Part shown: positions 33,240 to 45,326 of the stretch, piece by piece
Position numbering within the stretch: position 1 is the stretch's first letter
How the letters are laid out: the number at the start of each line of letters is the position of its first letter
Source of the DNA: Oscillospiraceae bacterium
GTDB taxonomy: Bacteria > Bacillota > Clostridia > Oscillospirales > Feifaniaceae
Direction: 5' to 3'
NCBI GenBank assembly: GCA_963662765.2
Contig: CAXXUP010000002.1
Location: 164,568 to 228,567, forward strand
DNA length: 64,000 bases
The notes under the pieces: generated by a model
Database searches by the model: none
Told to the model about the DNA's origin: nothing
The model's input: only the letters and a program-made list of their open reading frames with translations
Position numbers and translations under genes: made by a program

Positions 33240-34138
33240 TGCCTTCAGGCAACATCACCATAAAGCTGATTTTGATATTTGTCTTACTTGCCGCAGGACT
33301 TTTTATGTTTGTCCTGCGCAAGCGGGTCGCACCGGTTGATGCGGAAGATGCGGCATATCTCAAAATGAAAAGCAAGCGCAGAAACCTCTTCGTTTTCGGC
33401 GCCATCCTGCTGTGGCTTGCCTGCGGACTTGCGATCGGACTCTTTTCCGCCGGCAGTGAGGAGCTGGAAGTTTCGATTATGGCGCCTAGGGTTGCGGTGT
33501 TCGGGGCCGACATAAGCTCGTCGGTGCTTGTCTCTTGGATCGCAATGGCCATCTTGATTCTGGCTGCGGTTCTCATACGGCTTATTGCCATACCGAAGTT
33601 TAAGGAAACGCCGCGGGGCCTGCAAAATGTACTGGAGGCCGCCGTTGATGCCGTTTCGAAATACACGGTGGACAAATCCGGCGGAGTGGGTGAACCCCTG
33701 GGAGCCTATATCTTCGCCTTGGCAGCGCTTCTCGTTACTGCCGGATTCTTGGAGCTTTTCGGGTTTCGTCCTCCGACTGCCGACCTCGAGATGACGGGTT
33801 CACTTGCCCTGTGCACCTTTTTCCTCATCAACTACTACGGAATTAAGCACAAAGGTGTGGGGGGCCGCATCAAAAGTTTCGCGCGTCCCTATGCGGTCAT
33901 CTTCCCCTTCAAGATTTTGTCGGACATTGCGGCGCCTGTATCGCTTGCCTGCCGACTTTTCGGCAACATGATAGGCGGCATGATCGTCGTCGACCTGCTC
34001 TATGTGGCGCTCGGCTCTTTCGGTGTCGGAATTCCAGCCGTGGCAGGCCTTTATTTCAACGTATTCCATCCGCTTATTCAGGCGTTTGTCTTTATCACAT
34101 TGTCGCTTACATTTATTAATGAGGCTGTTGAAGAATAA
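33239..34138 (+). CDS. atpB: F0F1 ATP synthase subunit a
   Basis: Multi-TM with LACRLFGNMIGG (essential Arg helix) and operon position. The ORF-track start at 33149 runs through atpI in another frame. Confidence 0.9.
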   Translation: MPSGNITIKLILIFVLLAAGLFMFVLRKRVAPVDAEDAAYLKMKSKRRNLFVFGAILLWLACGLAIGLFSAGSEELEVSIMAPRVAVFGADISSSVLVSWIAMAILILAAVLIRLIAIPKFKETPRGLQNVLEAAVDAVSKYTVDKSGGVGEPLGAYIFALAALLVTAGFLELFGFRPPTADLEMTGSLALCTFFLINYYGIKHKGVGGRIKSFARPYAVIFPFKILSDIAAPVSLACRLFGNMIGGMIVVDLLYVALGSFGVGIPAVAGLYFNVFHPLIQAFVFITLSLTFINEAVEE

Positions 34139-34171
34139 CACAGCGAAAGCATTATCGGGAGGTATAATATA

Positions 34172-34402
34172 ATGGAACTCGGTTTGGTTGCAATCGGAGC
34201 CGGAATTGCCGTTTTGACCGGCCTTGGCGCAGGGCTTGGAATGGGTATCGCCACATCAAAGGCGGTTGAGGCCACTGCTCGGCAGCCGGAAGCCTCGGGC
34301 AAAATCAACTCAATGCTGCTGCTCGGCCTCGCGCTGACTGAATCCACCGCAATATACGGTTTTGTCACAGCGCTGATCATCATCTTTGTGATGGGCGCAT
34401 AG
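34172..34402 (+). CDS. atpE: F0F1 ATP synthase subunit c
   Basis: 76 aa; GLGAGLGMG...ARQPE...[13 protein letters not shown] hairpin. Confidence 0.95.
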   Translation: MELGLVAIGAGIAVLTGLGAGLGMGIATSKAVEATARQPEASGKINSMLLLGLALTESTAIYGFVTALIIIFVMGA

Positions 34403-34413
34403 GAGGGGGCATC

Positions 34414-34890
34414 ATGACATTCCACTGGATCGACATCGTCGAACATATTCTCAATATTATCGTGCTCTTCGCTATTTTGCGCGCCCTGGTGTACAAACCC
34501 GTGCTGAGCTTTATGAAGAAACGTGAGCAGGGTTTTGAAAAAGAGCGCCAGAATATCAATACCGAAACGCAGGGTGCTTTAAAGCTCAAGAGCGAATACG
34601 AGGCATCGCTTGACCACGCCAAATCCGAAGCGCAGGAGACGATACGCGAAGGTGTACAGCGGGCCGACAGCGCCGCCAAGGAAATCATGGAAAAAGCCGA
34701 ACAAGACGGCAAAGCGATGCTCTCACAAGTTCGAGAGCAAGCGCAGCGTGAGCAGCGCGAAGTGGAGACCGCCATGAAGAGCGAAGTTATGGCGCTTGCC
34801 GTGGGACTTGCCTCCAAAATCCTGGAACGTGAGATCTCCATTGAAGACAACCGGGAGATCATCGAACAATATTTCAGCAAGGTGGGCTGA
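34414..34890 (+). CDS. atpF: F0F1 ATP synthase subunit b
   Basis: N-terminal TM followed by a long charged helix; operon position. Confidence 0.85.
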   Translation: MTFHWIDIVEHILNIIVLFAILRALVYKPVLSFMKKREQGFEKERQNINTETQGALKLKSEYEASLDHAKSEAQETIREGVQRADSAAKEIMEKAEQDGKAMLSQVREQAQREQREVETAMKSEVMALAVGLASKILEREISIEDNREIIEQYFSKVG

Positions 34891-34892
34891 AA

Positions 34893-35117
34893 ATGATTAA
34901 AGGAAACCTCTACGTTGCAGGCCCCTTCGGAACGGAGGAGGTCGGCAAAATTGAAGCAAATTTCACCAAGATGCTCGGGGACCAGGTCGTGCTCAAAGTC
35001 AAGAAAGACGATAGGCTGATCGGCGGCTTTCTGGCGACGGTGGAGGGCAAGGCCTATGATGCCAGCGTACTGGGCCGCATGAAGGACATGCAGCGCCATA
35101 TGCTGGACAAGGAGTAG
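34893..35117 (+). CDS. atpH: F0F1 ATP synthase subunit delta, C-terminal domain only (74 aa)
   Basis: ...VVLKVKKDDRLIGGFLATVEGKAYDASVLGRMKDM matches the conserved delta/OSCP C-terminus (vD..liGG..v..g....D.S). The ORF begins 2 nt after the atpF stop and ends 4 nt before atpA. Confidence 0.75.
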   Translation: MIKGNLYVAGPFGTEEVGKIEANFTKMLGDQVVLKVKKDDRLIGGFLATVEGKAYDASVLGRMKDMQRHMLDKE

Positions 35118-35121
35118 AGAA

Positions 35122-36636
35122 ATGAGCATCGATACGAAAGCCAAGGAAATAGGCGCGTATCTTCAGGAACGGCTTGCGAGCTATTCTGGAGAGCCTACGG
35201 TCTATGAGTACGGTAAAGTTAAGTCGACGGGCGACGGCATTGTGAAAATCAGCGGCCTCTCGCACTGCCGGTACGGCGAACTCATCGCCTTTGAGGACGA
35301 CATCTACGGCATGGCCATGGATCTGGAACTCGGCGGCGTCGGTGCCGTGCTGCTCGGAGGGGTCAACGAGGTGCGGGTAGACTCCCGCGCTAAGAGCACC
35401 GGTCGAGTGGTCGAGGTGCCGGTCGGCAACATCATGCTCGGCCGGGTGGTGGACCCACTCGGCATGCCGCTTGACGGCGCGCCGCTGCACCCCGAAAACT
35501 GCCGGGCCATCGAGCGGCCGGCCCCGACCATCATCCAGCGGCAAAACGTCAACGAGCCGCTGCAGACTGGACTCCTCGCCATCGACAGCATGATCCCCGT
35601 CGGAAAAGGGCAGCGTGAGCTCATCATCGGCGACCGGCAGACCGGCAAGACCACCATCGCCACGGACTGCATTTTGAATCAGAAGGGCAAAAACGTCATC
35701 TGCGTCTACGTGGCCATTGGGCAAAAAATCTCCAATATTTCACGGATTTACGAAGAACTGACCCGCGCCGGCGCCATGGACTACACGGTCCTGGTGGTGG
35801 CCACTGCTAGCGACTGCGCGGCCATGCAGTACATCGCACCGTACGCGGGGTGCGCAATCGCCGAAGAGTTCATGCACGAGGGAAGAGATGTGCTCATCGT
35901 CTACGACGACTTAAGCAAGCATGCGGTGGCCTACAGGGCCATGTCGCTGCTGCTCAAGCGTCCGCCGGGACGTGAGGCATACCCCGGCGACGTCTTTTAC
36001 CTGCACAGCCGGCTTTTGGAACGGGCAGCGCATCTGAACAAGGAGCTTGGCGGCGGGTCCATGACAGCACTGCCCATCGTGGAGACGATGGCGGGCGATA
36101 TCTCGGCCTATATTCCGACCAATGTCATCTCGATCACCGATGGACAGATTTACCTCGAGTCGGAACTCTTCCACGCAGGTGTGCGGCCGGCCGTCAATGT
36201 GGGTCTTTCGGTCTCGCGTGTCGGCGGAGCAGCCCAGCGCAAAGCCATGTCTAAAGTCTCGAGAAAGCTGCGATTGACGCTGGCGCAGTACCGGGAACTC
36301 ATGATCTTCGCACAATTCGGTGCCGATATCGACCCATCGACCAAAAAGCTGCTCGACTATGGCGACAGGCTGACCGAGGCCCTCAAGCAGCCGCAGCACA
36401 GCCCGCTTGCGCTCATTGATCAGATCTGTTTGCTGCTGGCCGTCACCGGGCAGCACCTTTCCGGCATTCCGGTTAAGTCGGTGCGCACCTTTAACGAGGG
36501 GCTGCTCACCTATCTGAGGAGCGCCTGCCATACGCTGCTTGGCCACATCGAAAAGACGGGCGAGTTGTCGGATGCCGATATGGAGGCCCTGAACAAAGCC
36601 ATTGCTGAGTACGCCAAAGACTTTAAGGTGGTGTAG
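35122..36636 (+). CDS. atpA: F0F1 ATP synthase subunit alpha
   Basis: GDRQTGKTT P-loop, LIVYDDLSKHA, and 504 aa in length. Confidence 0.97.
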   Translation: MSIDTKAKEIGAYLQERLASYSGEPTVYEYGKVKSTGDGIVKISGLSHCRYGELIAFEDDIYGMAMDLELGGVGAVLLGGVNEVRVDSRAKSTGRVVEVPVGNIMLGRVVDPLGMPLDGAPLHPENCRAIERPAPTIIQRQNVNEPLQTGLLAIDSMIPVGKGQRELIIGDRQTGKTTIATDCILNQKGKNVICVYVAIGQKISNISRIYEELTRAGAMDYTVLVVATASDCAAMQYIAPYAGCAIAEEFMHEGRDVLIVYDDLSKHAVAYRAMSLLLKRPPGREAYPGDVFYLHSRLLERAAHLNKELGGGSMTALPIVETMAGDISAYIPTNVISITDGQIYLESELFHAGVRPAVNVGLSVSRVGGAAQRKAMSKVSRKLRLTLAQYRELMIFAQFGADIDPSTKKLLDYGDRLTEALKQPQHSPLALIDQICLLLAVTGQHLSGIPVKSVRTFNEGLLTYLRSACHTLLGHIEKTGELSDADMEALNKAIAEYAKDFKVV

Positions 36637-36638
36637 GT

Positions 36639-39346
<2,708 letters not shown>

Positions 39347-39363
39347 ATCGTCCTACGCACTTC

Positions 39364-39397
39364 AAGGGACAGTGGATGCAGCTGTCCCTTGTTTATT
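39364..39397 (+). terminator. Terminator after the atp operon
   Basis: AAGGGACAG-loop-CTGTCCCTT followed by GTTTATT. Confidence 0.6.
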
Positions 39398-39513
39398 GGA
39401 CAAAGAGAGACATCCATTCGCATGTTCATATATGTGAGGGGCCATGCTGCAATGCCGGGGTTTTCCAAAAGACGGCATCCCGCTTCGGGAGGTGTCCACC
39501 TGTCCCATAACCC

Positions 39514-39550
39514 CTCAAAAAGCGGCCTGTAAGAATTCCTTACAGGCCGC
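39514..39550 (-). terminator. Terminator of the DUF1003 gene
   Basis: The minus strand reads GCGGCCTGTAAG-GAATT-CTTACAGGCCGC followed by TTTTTGAG. Confidence 0.65.
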
Positions 39551-39609
39551 ACGGCATTTTGGACGGGAAAAGACAAGAAAAATTAGTGTAATGCTAATTA
39601 CCTTTACAA

Positions 39610-40158
39610 TCAAGAAAGGGCAGAATCGGTTGCACTTTGACCCCCATCGCCGTCCTCGGACAAGCCGAGTTTTTTCATGATGCTTTCCTGATTGGCGATC
39701 AGCTGGTCTATTTTCTGGTGCAGGTCTTCAATGATGATTTCAGTCTTCAAATTGGTCTTGTAGTCGTTTAAAGAGCGCAGCCGATCTTTTTCCTCCTGCC
39801 GGTTTTGGCTCATCATGATGACGGGGGCCTGAATGGCGGCAATGCAGGAGAGCATCAGATTCAACAAAATGAAAGGGTATGGGTCGACAGCATTTGACAG
39901 CATGACGACATTGAGCGCGACCCAAGAAACCAGACAGACCGTAAACGCGATGATAAACGTCCAACTTCCCACAAACTTCGCGATACCGTCGGCCATTTTC
40001 GTGCCGGTCGACATGGTGTCCTTATTTTGATCGCTGGTGTTTTCGGACAGCTTCTTATCGAGCAGAAGATGGATGATCTCCTCACTTTCGAGTGCTCGTT
40101 CCTCCTCGTCTTCAATGATCATATTGATCAGATCATGACTTTTTTCGTCGGTTTTCAT
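39610..40158 (-). CDS. DUF1003-family membrane protein
   Basis: ...GSWTFIIAFTVCLVSWVALN...DPYPFILLNLMLSCIAAIQAPVIMMSQNRQEEKDR... matches the DUF1003 core as I remember it. Confidence 0.8.
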   Translation of the reverse strand: MKTDEKSHDLINMIIEDEEERALESEEIIHLLLDKKLSENTSDQNKDTMSTGTKMADGIAKFVGSWTFIIAFTVCLVSWVALNVVMLSNAVDPYPFILLNLMLSCIAAIQAPVIMMSQNRQEEKDRLRSLNDYKTNLKTEIIIEDLHQKIDQLIANQESIMKKLGLSEDGDGGQSATDSALS

Positions 40159-40430
40159 GTATATTTTCCTCCAATATATTTTTGAAAATCCGTCTCTTCG
40201 GCTTGAAAACTGCTATTGAGGCGAAGGGACTTTGTATTCATACAATTATACCACGCCGATTGAAATCAGCCAATAGAATATCACTGCACAAAGGGAATTT
40301 GGATTGCGTTCATAACGAGTGATTCCCAAACGAATTTGTTCATGCTGCGTTTATGCATACTCAATATAACCGATTTGCGAGCGGCCCCGCAGCAAAAACG
40401 GCAAAGTGCCCTTTGCCTGTTGCGCACCCG

Positions 40431-40928
40431 TCACCAGACGTTGACGTAGGTGATGTGGAGCAGGCGGGACCGCTTGTATGTATAGCTGTCCAGCGGACGA
40501 TTGTCTGAGTCGAAAGTGTGGGCGGCGATGAGGATGTTGTAGGGTGCCGGTGGGTCTCCCACCGAAACAATGACGGGGGAGTGCTCGAAAGCCCCTCCGT
40601 CAAAAGAGAGCTGAACGATGTCGCCAGGGCGTGCCTCGGACAGATCGGCTTCCACAGCCACCGGCCCGACCGAATGGTTGCCGATGAGAAAGCGGTAGAG
40701 ATACTCCACCCCGGACCAGGCCGGCGCGCGGCTGCTCGAGCTGTAGTAGTACCATCCGAAAGTGGGTCTGGGGTTCATGACGCCGGCCCCGGCATATATA
40801 CACTGGGAGGCGAAGTTCGTGCAGTCGCCCCCGACCGGGTCGAAATTATAGTAACGCGGATTGCGTCCAAAGGCCCACTTGTGGGCATATTCGACGGCTT
40901 TATCCCGATCATACGTTTTTTTGTTCAA
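40431..40928 (-). CDS. Putative amidase-domain protein (Amidase_6/PF12671-like)
   Basis: TTG 40928 sits behind AGAGGAGGAG. YDRDKAVEYAHKWA...NPRYYNF...GGDCTNFASQCIYAGA....W......AW is the family pattern. The 338-aa ORF in the track is an unsupported upstream extension. Confidence 0.7.
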   Translation of the reverse strand: MNKKTYDRDKAVEYAHKWAFGRNPRYYNFDPVGGDCTNFASQCIYAGAGVMNPRPTFGWYYYSSSSRAPAWSGVEYLYRFLIGNHSVGPVAVEADLSEARPGDIVQLSFDGGAFEHSPVIVSVGDPPAPYNILIAAHTFDSDNRPLDSYTYKRSRLLHITYVNVW

Positions 40929-41088
40929 GGAAGCTCCTCCTCTTTTTCTCGTTTGATTGAAGAGCACTGCTATGTTTGCCCCAGTATATTCACAATGTGC
41001 CGTTTGGGACGCATTAATAAAGGGATGAAACGAAGGGAGCCGCGTAATTTTGACAGGTTTTAAACGTCCGCACAATCCGTTGCGCACA

Positions 41089-41122
41089 CAAAAAGCTGCC
41101 GCCCCGTTTTCGGGGCGGCAGC
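41089..41122 (-). terminator. Terminator after the YkvI-like gene
   Basis: The minus strand reads GCTGCCGCCCCG-AAAA-CGGGGCGGCAGC followed by TTTTT. Confidence 0.8.
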
Positions 41123-41148
41123 ATGTCGATATGAGGTGAATTTGCAGC

Positions 41149-42240
41149 TTATGCCTTGCCGGCTTTGCTGATTTTGTAGACGCCGATGGTAAGCATGGGC
41201 AGAACATAAACAACAAGGAAGCCCCAGCAAATAGTGCCGTAGCCCTTGGCGATGAGCCCGATGAGGCCGAAGGAGGAGACACAGATTCCGACGATGACAA
41301 GGCTAATCGTAATGGTGGGGCGAACCCAACCGGGAACGGTCTTTCCCTGTTTTTCCATCGCCATCTCAATACGGTCGTCCACGGCCTTAATGAAGCCGGT
41401 GCCGGTTTCAATGAGGGTTCCGAAGAGCACGATCTCAAAAATGACATAGAGCCATTTCATGTCGAGCTTGGTGAAGATAACGGTGACAGGGACCGTGGCC
41501 GCCATCACTGCAGGCAGGTCGGCCGCCATGGTCAACATGAGCAGAGCCGCGGGAATGATTCCGATTGCACCAGCGAGCATTCCGGAAATGACAACTTCCT
41601 TGCGGCTTTTTGCCCCATGTACCGTATAGAGCAGTGCGGGCACAATACCGAGGTTGTAAAAAGAGTATTTCAGGCCGTCGAGGAACCACCCGGAGCCGAT
41701 TTCGGCCTTCGCAAACTCAGCAGTGATTGAGCTTCCGAACTTGGTAAAGACGATGACCATGAAGAGAATGTACACGGCATACAGTACATAGGACCAGAAG
41801 GAAAGCACGTCCTCAATGGCCTTGGTTCCCTTGAGCACCAGCGCAATGATGCCTAGAGACAGGACAATGATGCCAATCCAGGGGCTGAGCCCCGTCAGGC
41901 TCTTCAGCATATTGCCGGCCGTTGCATTAATAACGCCGAGCACGATGAGGAGCAGGACCACATAGCAAATTTCGTAGACGATGCCGGCTTTGCCGAGCAG
42001 CTTGCCCATCATGCTGTTGTAGTCGTAGGTCTCGAATACACGCACAAATTCGAAGGTAATGGCGCAAAGCACGGACCAAACGACCAAAGTGACGACCATG
42101 CCCATCAGGCCGCCAACAAGTCCGTTTACCCCGAAGAACTGTGCAATTTCAGCACCGGTTCCGTAGCCTCCGCCGATTACGATGGACTGGAAAATAAAAC
42201 CTGGGATCAGATACCTGAGGAATTTGTTCTTTGAATCCAT
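41149..42240 (-). CDS. YkvI-family membrane protein (amino-acid-permease-like, ~10-11 TM)
   Basis: MDSKNKFLRYLIPGFIFQSIVIGGGYGTGAEIAQFF resembles the YkvI N-terminus (vGaGfaTG.Ei..FF). ATG 42240 sits behind GGAGTGAGG. Confidence 0.7.
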   Translation of the reverse strand: MDSKNKFLRYLIPGFIFQSIVIGGGYGTGAEIAQFFGVNGLVGGLMGMVVTLVVWSVLCAITFEFVRVFETYDYNSMMGKLLGKAGIVYEICYVVLLLIVLGVINATAGNMLKSLTGLSPWIGIIVLSLGIIALVLKGTKAIEDVLSFWSYVLYAVYILFMVIVFTKFGSSITAEFAKAEIGSGWFLDGLKYSFYNLGIVPALLYTVHGAKSRKEVVISGMLAGAIGIIPAALLMLTMAADLPAVMAATVPVTVIFTKLDMKWLYVIFEIVLFGTLIETGTGFIKAVDDRIEMAMEKQGKTVPGWVRPTITISLVIVGICVSSFGLIGLIAKGYGTICWGFLVVYVLPMLTIGVYKISKAGKA

Positions 42241-42306
42241 AGCAGCCTCACTCCTAATAATCACATTTTCTATCTATATGAACAGCGTCGCTGTGAATCG
42301 TGTCTG

Positions 42307-43407
42307 TCACTGCGCCCCAAGATCCACCCTGCGGACCGCTTCGATGAGCTGCGCCGCCTCCTCAACGCGTGGGACCCGCAGGCGCACGCAGGAGGCGTCC
42401 ATGCAGTCGAACTCGACTCCGGAGACGGTCAGAATATCCTGCCGGCACAAAAGCGCCTGCAGATCAACCGAATCCTTGTGCTTTAAGGTGCAGATCGGCA
42501 CCCGGTCGTCGGTCTCCAAAAGGGTCAGTGCATTGCCGGTGGCCTTTCGAAGCGCCTGTTTGACACCCGCGATTTGTCCCTTGTGGGAGGTGGGGTAACC
42601 CACGGCCTTCATGGCGGCGGCGGCTACCTCTCTTGACAGCTCATTCATGGTGTAGGGGTTGCTGGCCTTTCCCATGTATCGCACAAGTTCCGGGGCTGCG
42701 ATGAGATACCCGGCCCGAAGCCCCGCAAGCCCAAAACCCTTTGAGAAAGTGCGCAGGACAATCAGGTTGTCAAACTCGGAAATAGCGGACATGGCAGATT
42801 CGCCCTGCTCGACGAAATCGCCATATGCCTCGTCAATAAGCACGCAGACGTCCTTCTCCTTGGCCTTTTCTAAAACCCGTTTGATGTCGTCAACCGGCAG
42901 CAGCTGCCCGGTGGGGTTATTCGGGTTGTCGATGTAGACAAATGACGTCTCTTCGGTGATTGCATTCAACAGCGCATCCACATCCAAGCGATAATCGGCG
43001 TCCCTCGGTGGAATGCCGACATACTTCATGCCGTTTAAGCCGACACCCACCACCATATCGGTGAAGGTGGGCATAAATCCGACAACCAGAGCCCCTGGCT
43101 TTGCAAACAGTGCATTGACAAGATACAGCCCGCTGATGCTGCCGTCCACAAGCAGAATATTCTGGGGACCTAGGTCGGCGCAATCCTTCCAGTGGCGGAT
43201 CACAGCATCTTGGACGGCATGGGAATGGGGATAATTTCCGAGCCGTACCGGATTGAAACTGCGGACAGCCTCAAGCGCCTCTTGCGGAGGCCCGTAGGGG
43301 TTGACGCCCAGACTGCAGTCCAGGGTATTCGGTGTCAATTCGGGCGTATGGGCGGCGTAGCTTTTGGTCTCCTTAAAGTAATCTTCTCGAATTTTCATCA
43401 TTACCAC
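42307..43407 (-). CDS. Class I/II PLP-dependent aminotransferase, HisC/CobD-like
   Basis: LDCSLGVNPYGPP..., IDNPNNPTG, IDEAY.DF, RTFSKGFGLAGLRAGY (PLP Lys). Confidence 0.85.
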   Translation of the reverse strand: MVMMKIREDYFKETKSYAAHTPELTPNTLDCSLGVNPYGPPQEALEAVRSFNPVRLGNYPHSHAVQDAVIRHWKDCADLGPQNILLVDGSISGLYLVNALFAKPGALVVGFMPTFTDMVVGVGLNGMKYVGIPPRDADYRLDVDALLNAITEETSFVYIDNPNNPTGQLLPVDDIKRVLEKAKEKDVCVLIDEAYGDFVEQGESAMSAISEFDNLIVLRTFSKGFGLAGLRAGYLIAAPELVRYMGKASNPYTMNELSREVAAAAMKAVGYPTSHKGQIAGVKQALRKATGNALTLLETDDRVPICTLKHKDSVDLQALLCRQDILTVSGVEFDCMDASCVRLRVPRVEEAAQLIEAVRRVDLGAQ

Positions 43408-44741
43408 CCCGCGCGGTTTGCCAGCACGTCGTCGGGAATTTTTCCGGCGCGATACTCATCCATGGCCTGACCGATAATGGAAAACGCCTTTTTGAGCTGC
43501 TCTTTTTCAATGACAAGCGGCGGCTGAATTCTCAGCACGTTGCCGGCCACCGAAATCATGATGAGCCCCAGTTCGTAGCACCGGTACAGAATTTTAAAGG
43601 TTCCGTCCAGATCCGGGCTTGCCTTACCGTCCTCGCCCGTCTTTGTAATGCCGATGCCCATGGACATGCCGAGGTTTCGGATAAAACTCACCATGTCGGG
43701 GTTATTCTGCCGCAGGTTTTCCGCCAGGAGGCAAAGCAACGCCGTATTTTCGGACAGGATATTCTTGAACTCCTCGGTTTTGTAATAGTCAAAGGCGGCG
43801 ATGCCGGCGGCGCACGCAATGGAGTTGCCGCCCAGTGTAAAGAGGTGCGCCGGTGCCGGCAGGCAGTCCAAGATTTCAGTCTTACCCATGAAGGCGCCCA
43901 GTGTCAGGCTGCCTCCGATGGATTTGCCAAGTACGATGCCGTCCGGAACGATGTTGTAATGTTCGATCGAGAACCATGTCCCGGTGCGGAAAAAGGCCTG
44001 CTGGACTTCCTCCGCAATAAACAGGATGCCGTTTGCCCGGCAGAGCTCATAGAGCTTTTTCATGAAGATGGGGTGGGCGGGCAGCAGTCCGCCGTCGCCC
44101 TGCATGGGCTCGATGATGATGGCCGCAATGTCGTCGATGGTCAGGTAAGCGGCAAAAGCACGTTCCATCTCGGCAAGGCACTCCCGCTCACAGGTCGCAT
44201 CGTCAACATCAATCCCGAAGAAGGGGAAGCTGTATATCTCCGGCAGGAAGGGGCCCATCTTATCCCGCATTTTCGGAGTGCAGGTCGTCAGGCTTGACGA
44301 GCCGTAAGTGTTGCCGTGGTAGCCGCCCAGGAAGGAAATGATTTTGTGGCGGCCGGTAAAGGCTCTGGCAAATTTCACGGCCGCGTCATTGGCGTCGGAA
44401 CCGCAGTTGCCAAAGCAAACTTTGGCGGGGACGCCGCCCGGGTAGACCGAGACCAGCCGTTCAGCGTATTCAATGCTCAGCCTGTTATAGGTGTAGGCCT
44501 GGGTGTACTGGGTGAATTGACTTAGCTGCTTTTCAATCGCCGCCGTGACAACCGGGTGGCATCCGCCCAGGTTCAGCGAGGACGCGCTGGACAAAAAGTC
44601 AATAAACTCGTTTCCATCGGCATCGGTGATGACGGCGCCCGAAACCTTTTCCACCGCAAGCGGGAAATACGAAAGATGCTGACAGGGGGCAATGACTTTT
44701 TTGTCGCGGGCCACTAGGCTCTCGCACTGTTTTGTCTGCAT
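43401..44741 (-). CDS. Class III PLP-dependent aminotransferase (GabT/omega-transaminase-like)
   Basis: D.DGNEFIDFLSSASSLNLGGCHP, GSDANDAAVKFAR, EPMQGDGG, FIAEEVQ..F.RTG, LGKSIGG. Confidence 0.85.
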   Translation of the reverse strand: MQTKQCESLVARDKKVIAPCQHLSYFPLAVEKVSGAVITDADGNEFIDFLSSASSLNLGGCHPVVTAAIEKQLSQFTQYTQAYTYNRLSIEYAERLVSVYPGGVPAKVCFGNCGSDANDAAVKFARAFTGRHKIISFLGGYHGNTYGSSSLTTCTPKMRDKMGPFLPEIYSFPFFGIDVDDATCERECLAEMERAFAAYLTIDDIAAIIIEPMQGDGGLLPAHPIFMKKLYELCRANGILFIAEEVQQAFFRTGTWFSIEHYNIVPDGIVLGKSIGGSLTLGAFMGKTEILDCLPAPAHLFTLGGNSIACAAGIAAFDYYKTEEFKNILSENTALLCLLAENLRQNNPDMVSFIRNLGMSMGIGITKTGEDGKASPDLDGTFKILYRCYELGLIMISVAGNVLRIQPPLVIEKEQLKKAFSIIGQAMDEYRAGKIPDDVLANRAGW

Positions 44742-44844
44742 GATAATAAGCTCCTCTCACATTCACACAACCGGCGTCCAGCCGTATTATTTGTTAAAAA
44801 TAAGGGTGGCGCATGAGCGTCACCCTTTGGAATCCCATCGGCAA

Positions 44845-45150
44845 TCACACACTGCTCACTTTATATTCAGCTCGACATACCAGCCACCGGCTAAGTAGGT
44901 TAATGAAGAGTACTGCTAGGACAAGAATCGACACTCGCACTTGAAGCAAATATACCAGTACTGCCACCAGTAGCAGATAGGCAAGTACAAAAACGGACAC
45001 CGCATAAACGGTGTCCGCGCATAAATAGTAATATCGACACTGGGGCTGTTTGGACTGGGTGGCGCAGTTGCGCGCAAAACAATCTTCTGCGCCATTTTGC
45101 GCAGAAGTCGATTTACGCGTATCGCTCATATGATCAAACACGCCACACAC
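44845..45150 (-). CDS. Possible small Cys-containing membrane protein (start uncertain)
   Basis: ORF with two hydrophobic helices, followed on its strand by a hairpin plus T-run (44803-44828). No convincing RBS. Confidence 0.35.
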   Translation of the reverse strand: MCGVFDHMSDTRKSTSAQNGAEDCFARNCATQSKQPQCRYYYLCADTVYAVSVFVLAYLLLVAVLVYLLQVRVSILVLAVLFINLLSRWLVCRAEYKVSSV

Positions 45151-45326
45151 TCCATCTCAAGTAATGTTTTATCAAGTATAGCAAATCGGCTATAAAATGT
45201 CACGGGCAAAAAGCGCTCATATCGTGTATAAAGATACCTTAACTCTTTATCTATAATGCACAAAAATGCCGAAAATTTCCAAAAAAATGCTTTTTCATGC
45301 TGCAAGGTGTTTAGCGGCGGCAGCTT

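Noticed and set aside
40929-41447. N-terminal extension making the amidase-domain ORF 338 aa.
   Set aside because: The extension is Ala/Ser/Pro/Arg-rich and runs over the terminator and the 3' end of the YkvI-like gene. A TTG behind AGAGGAGGAG at 40928 gives a protein that starts where the family domain starts.
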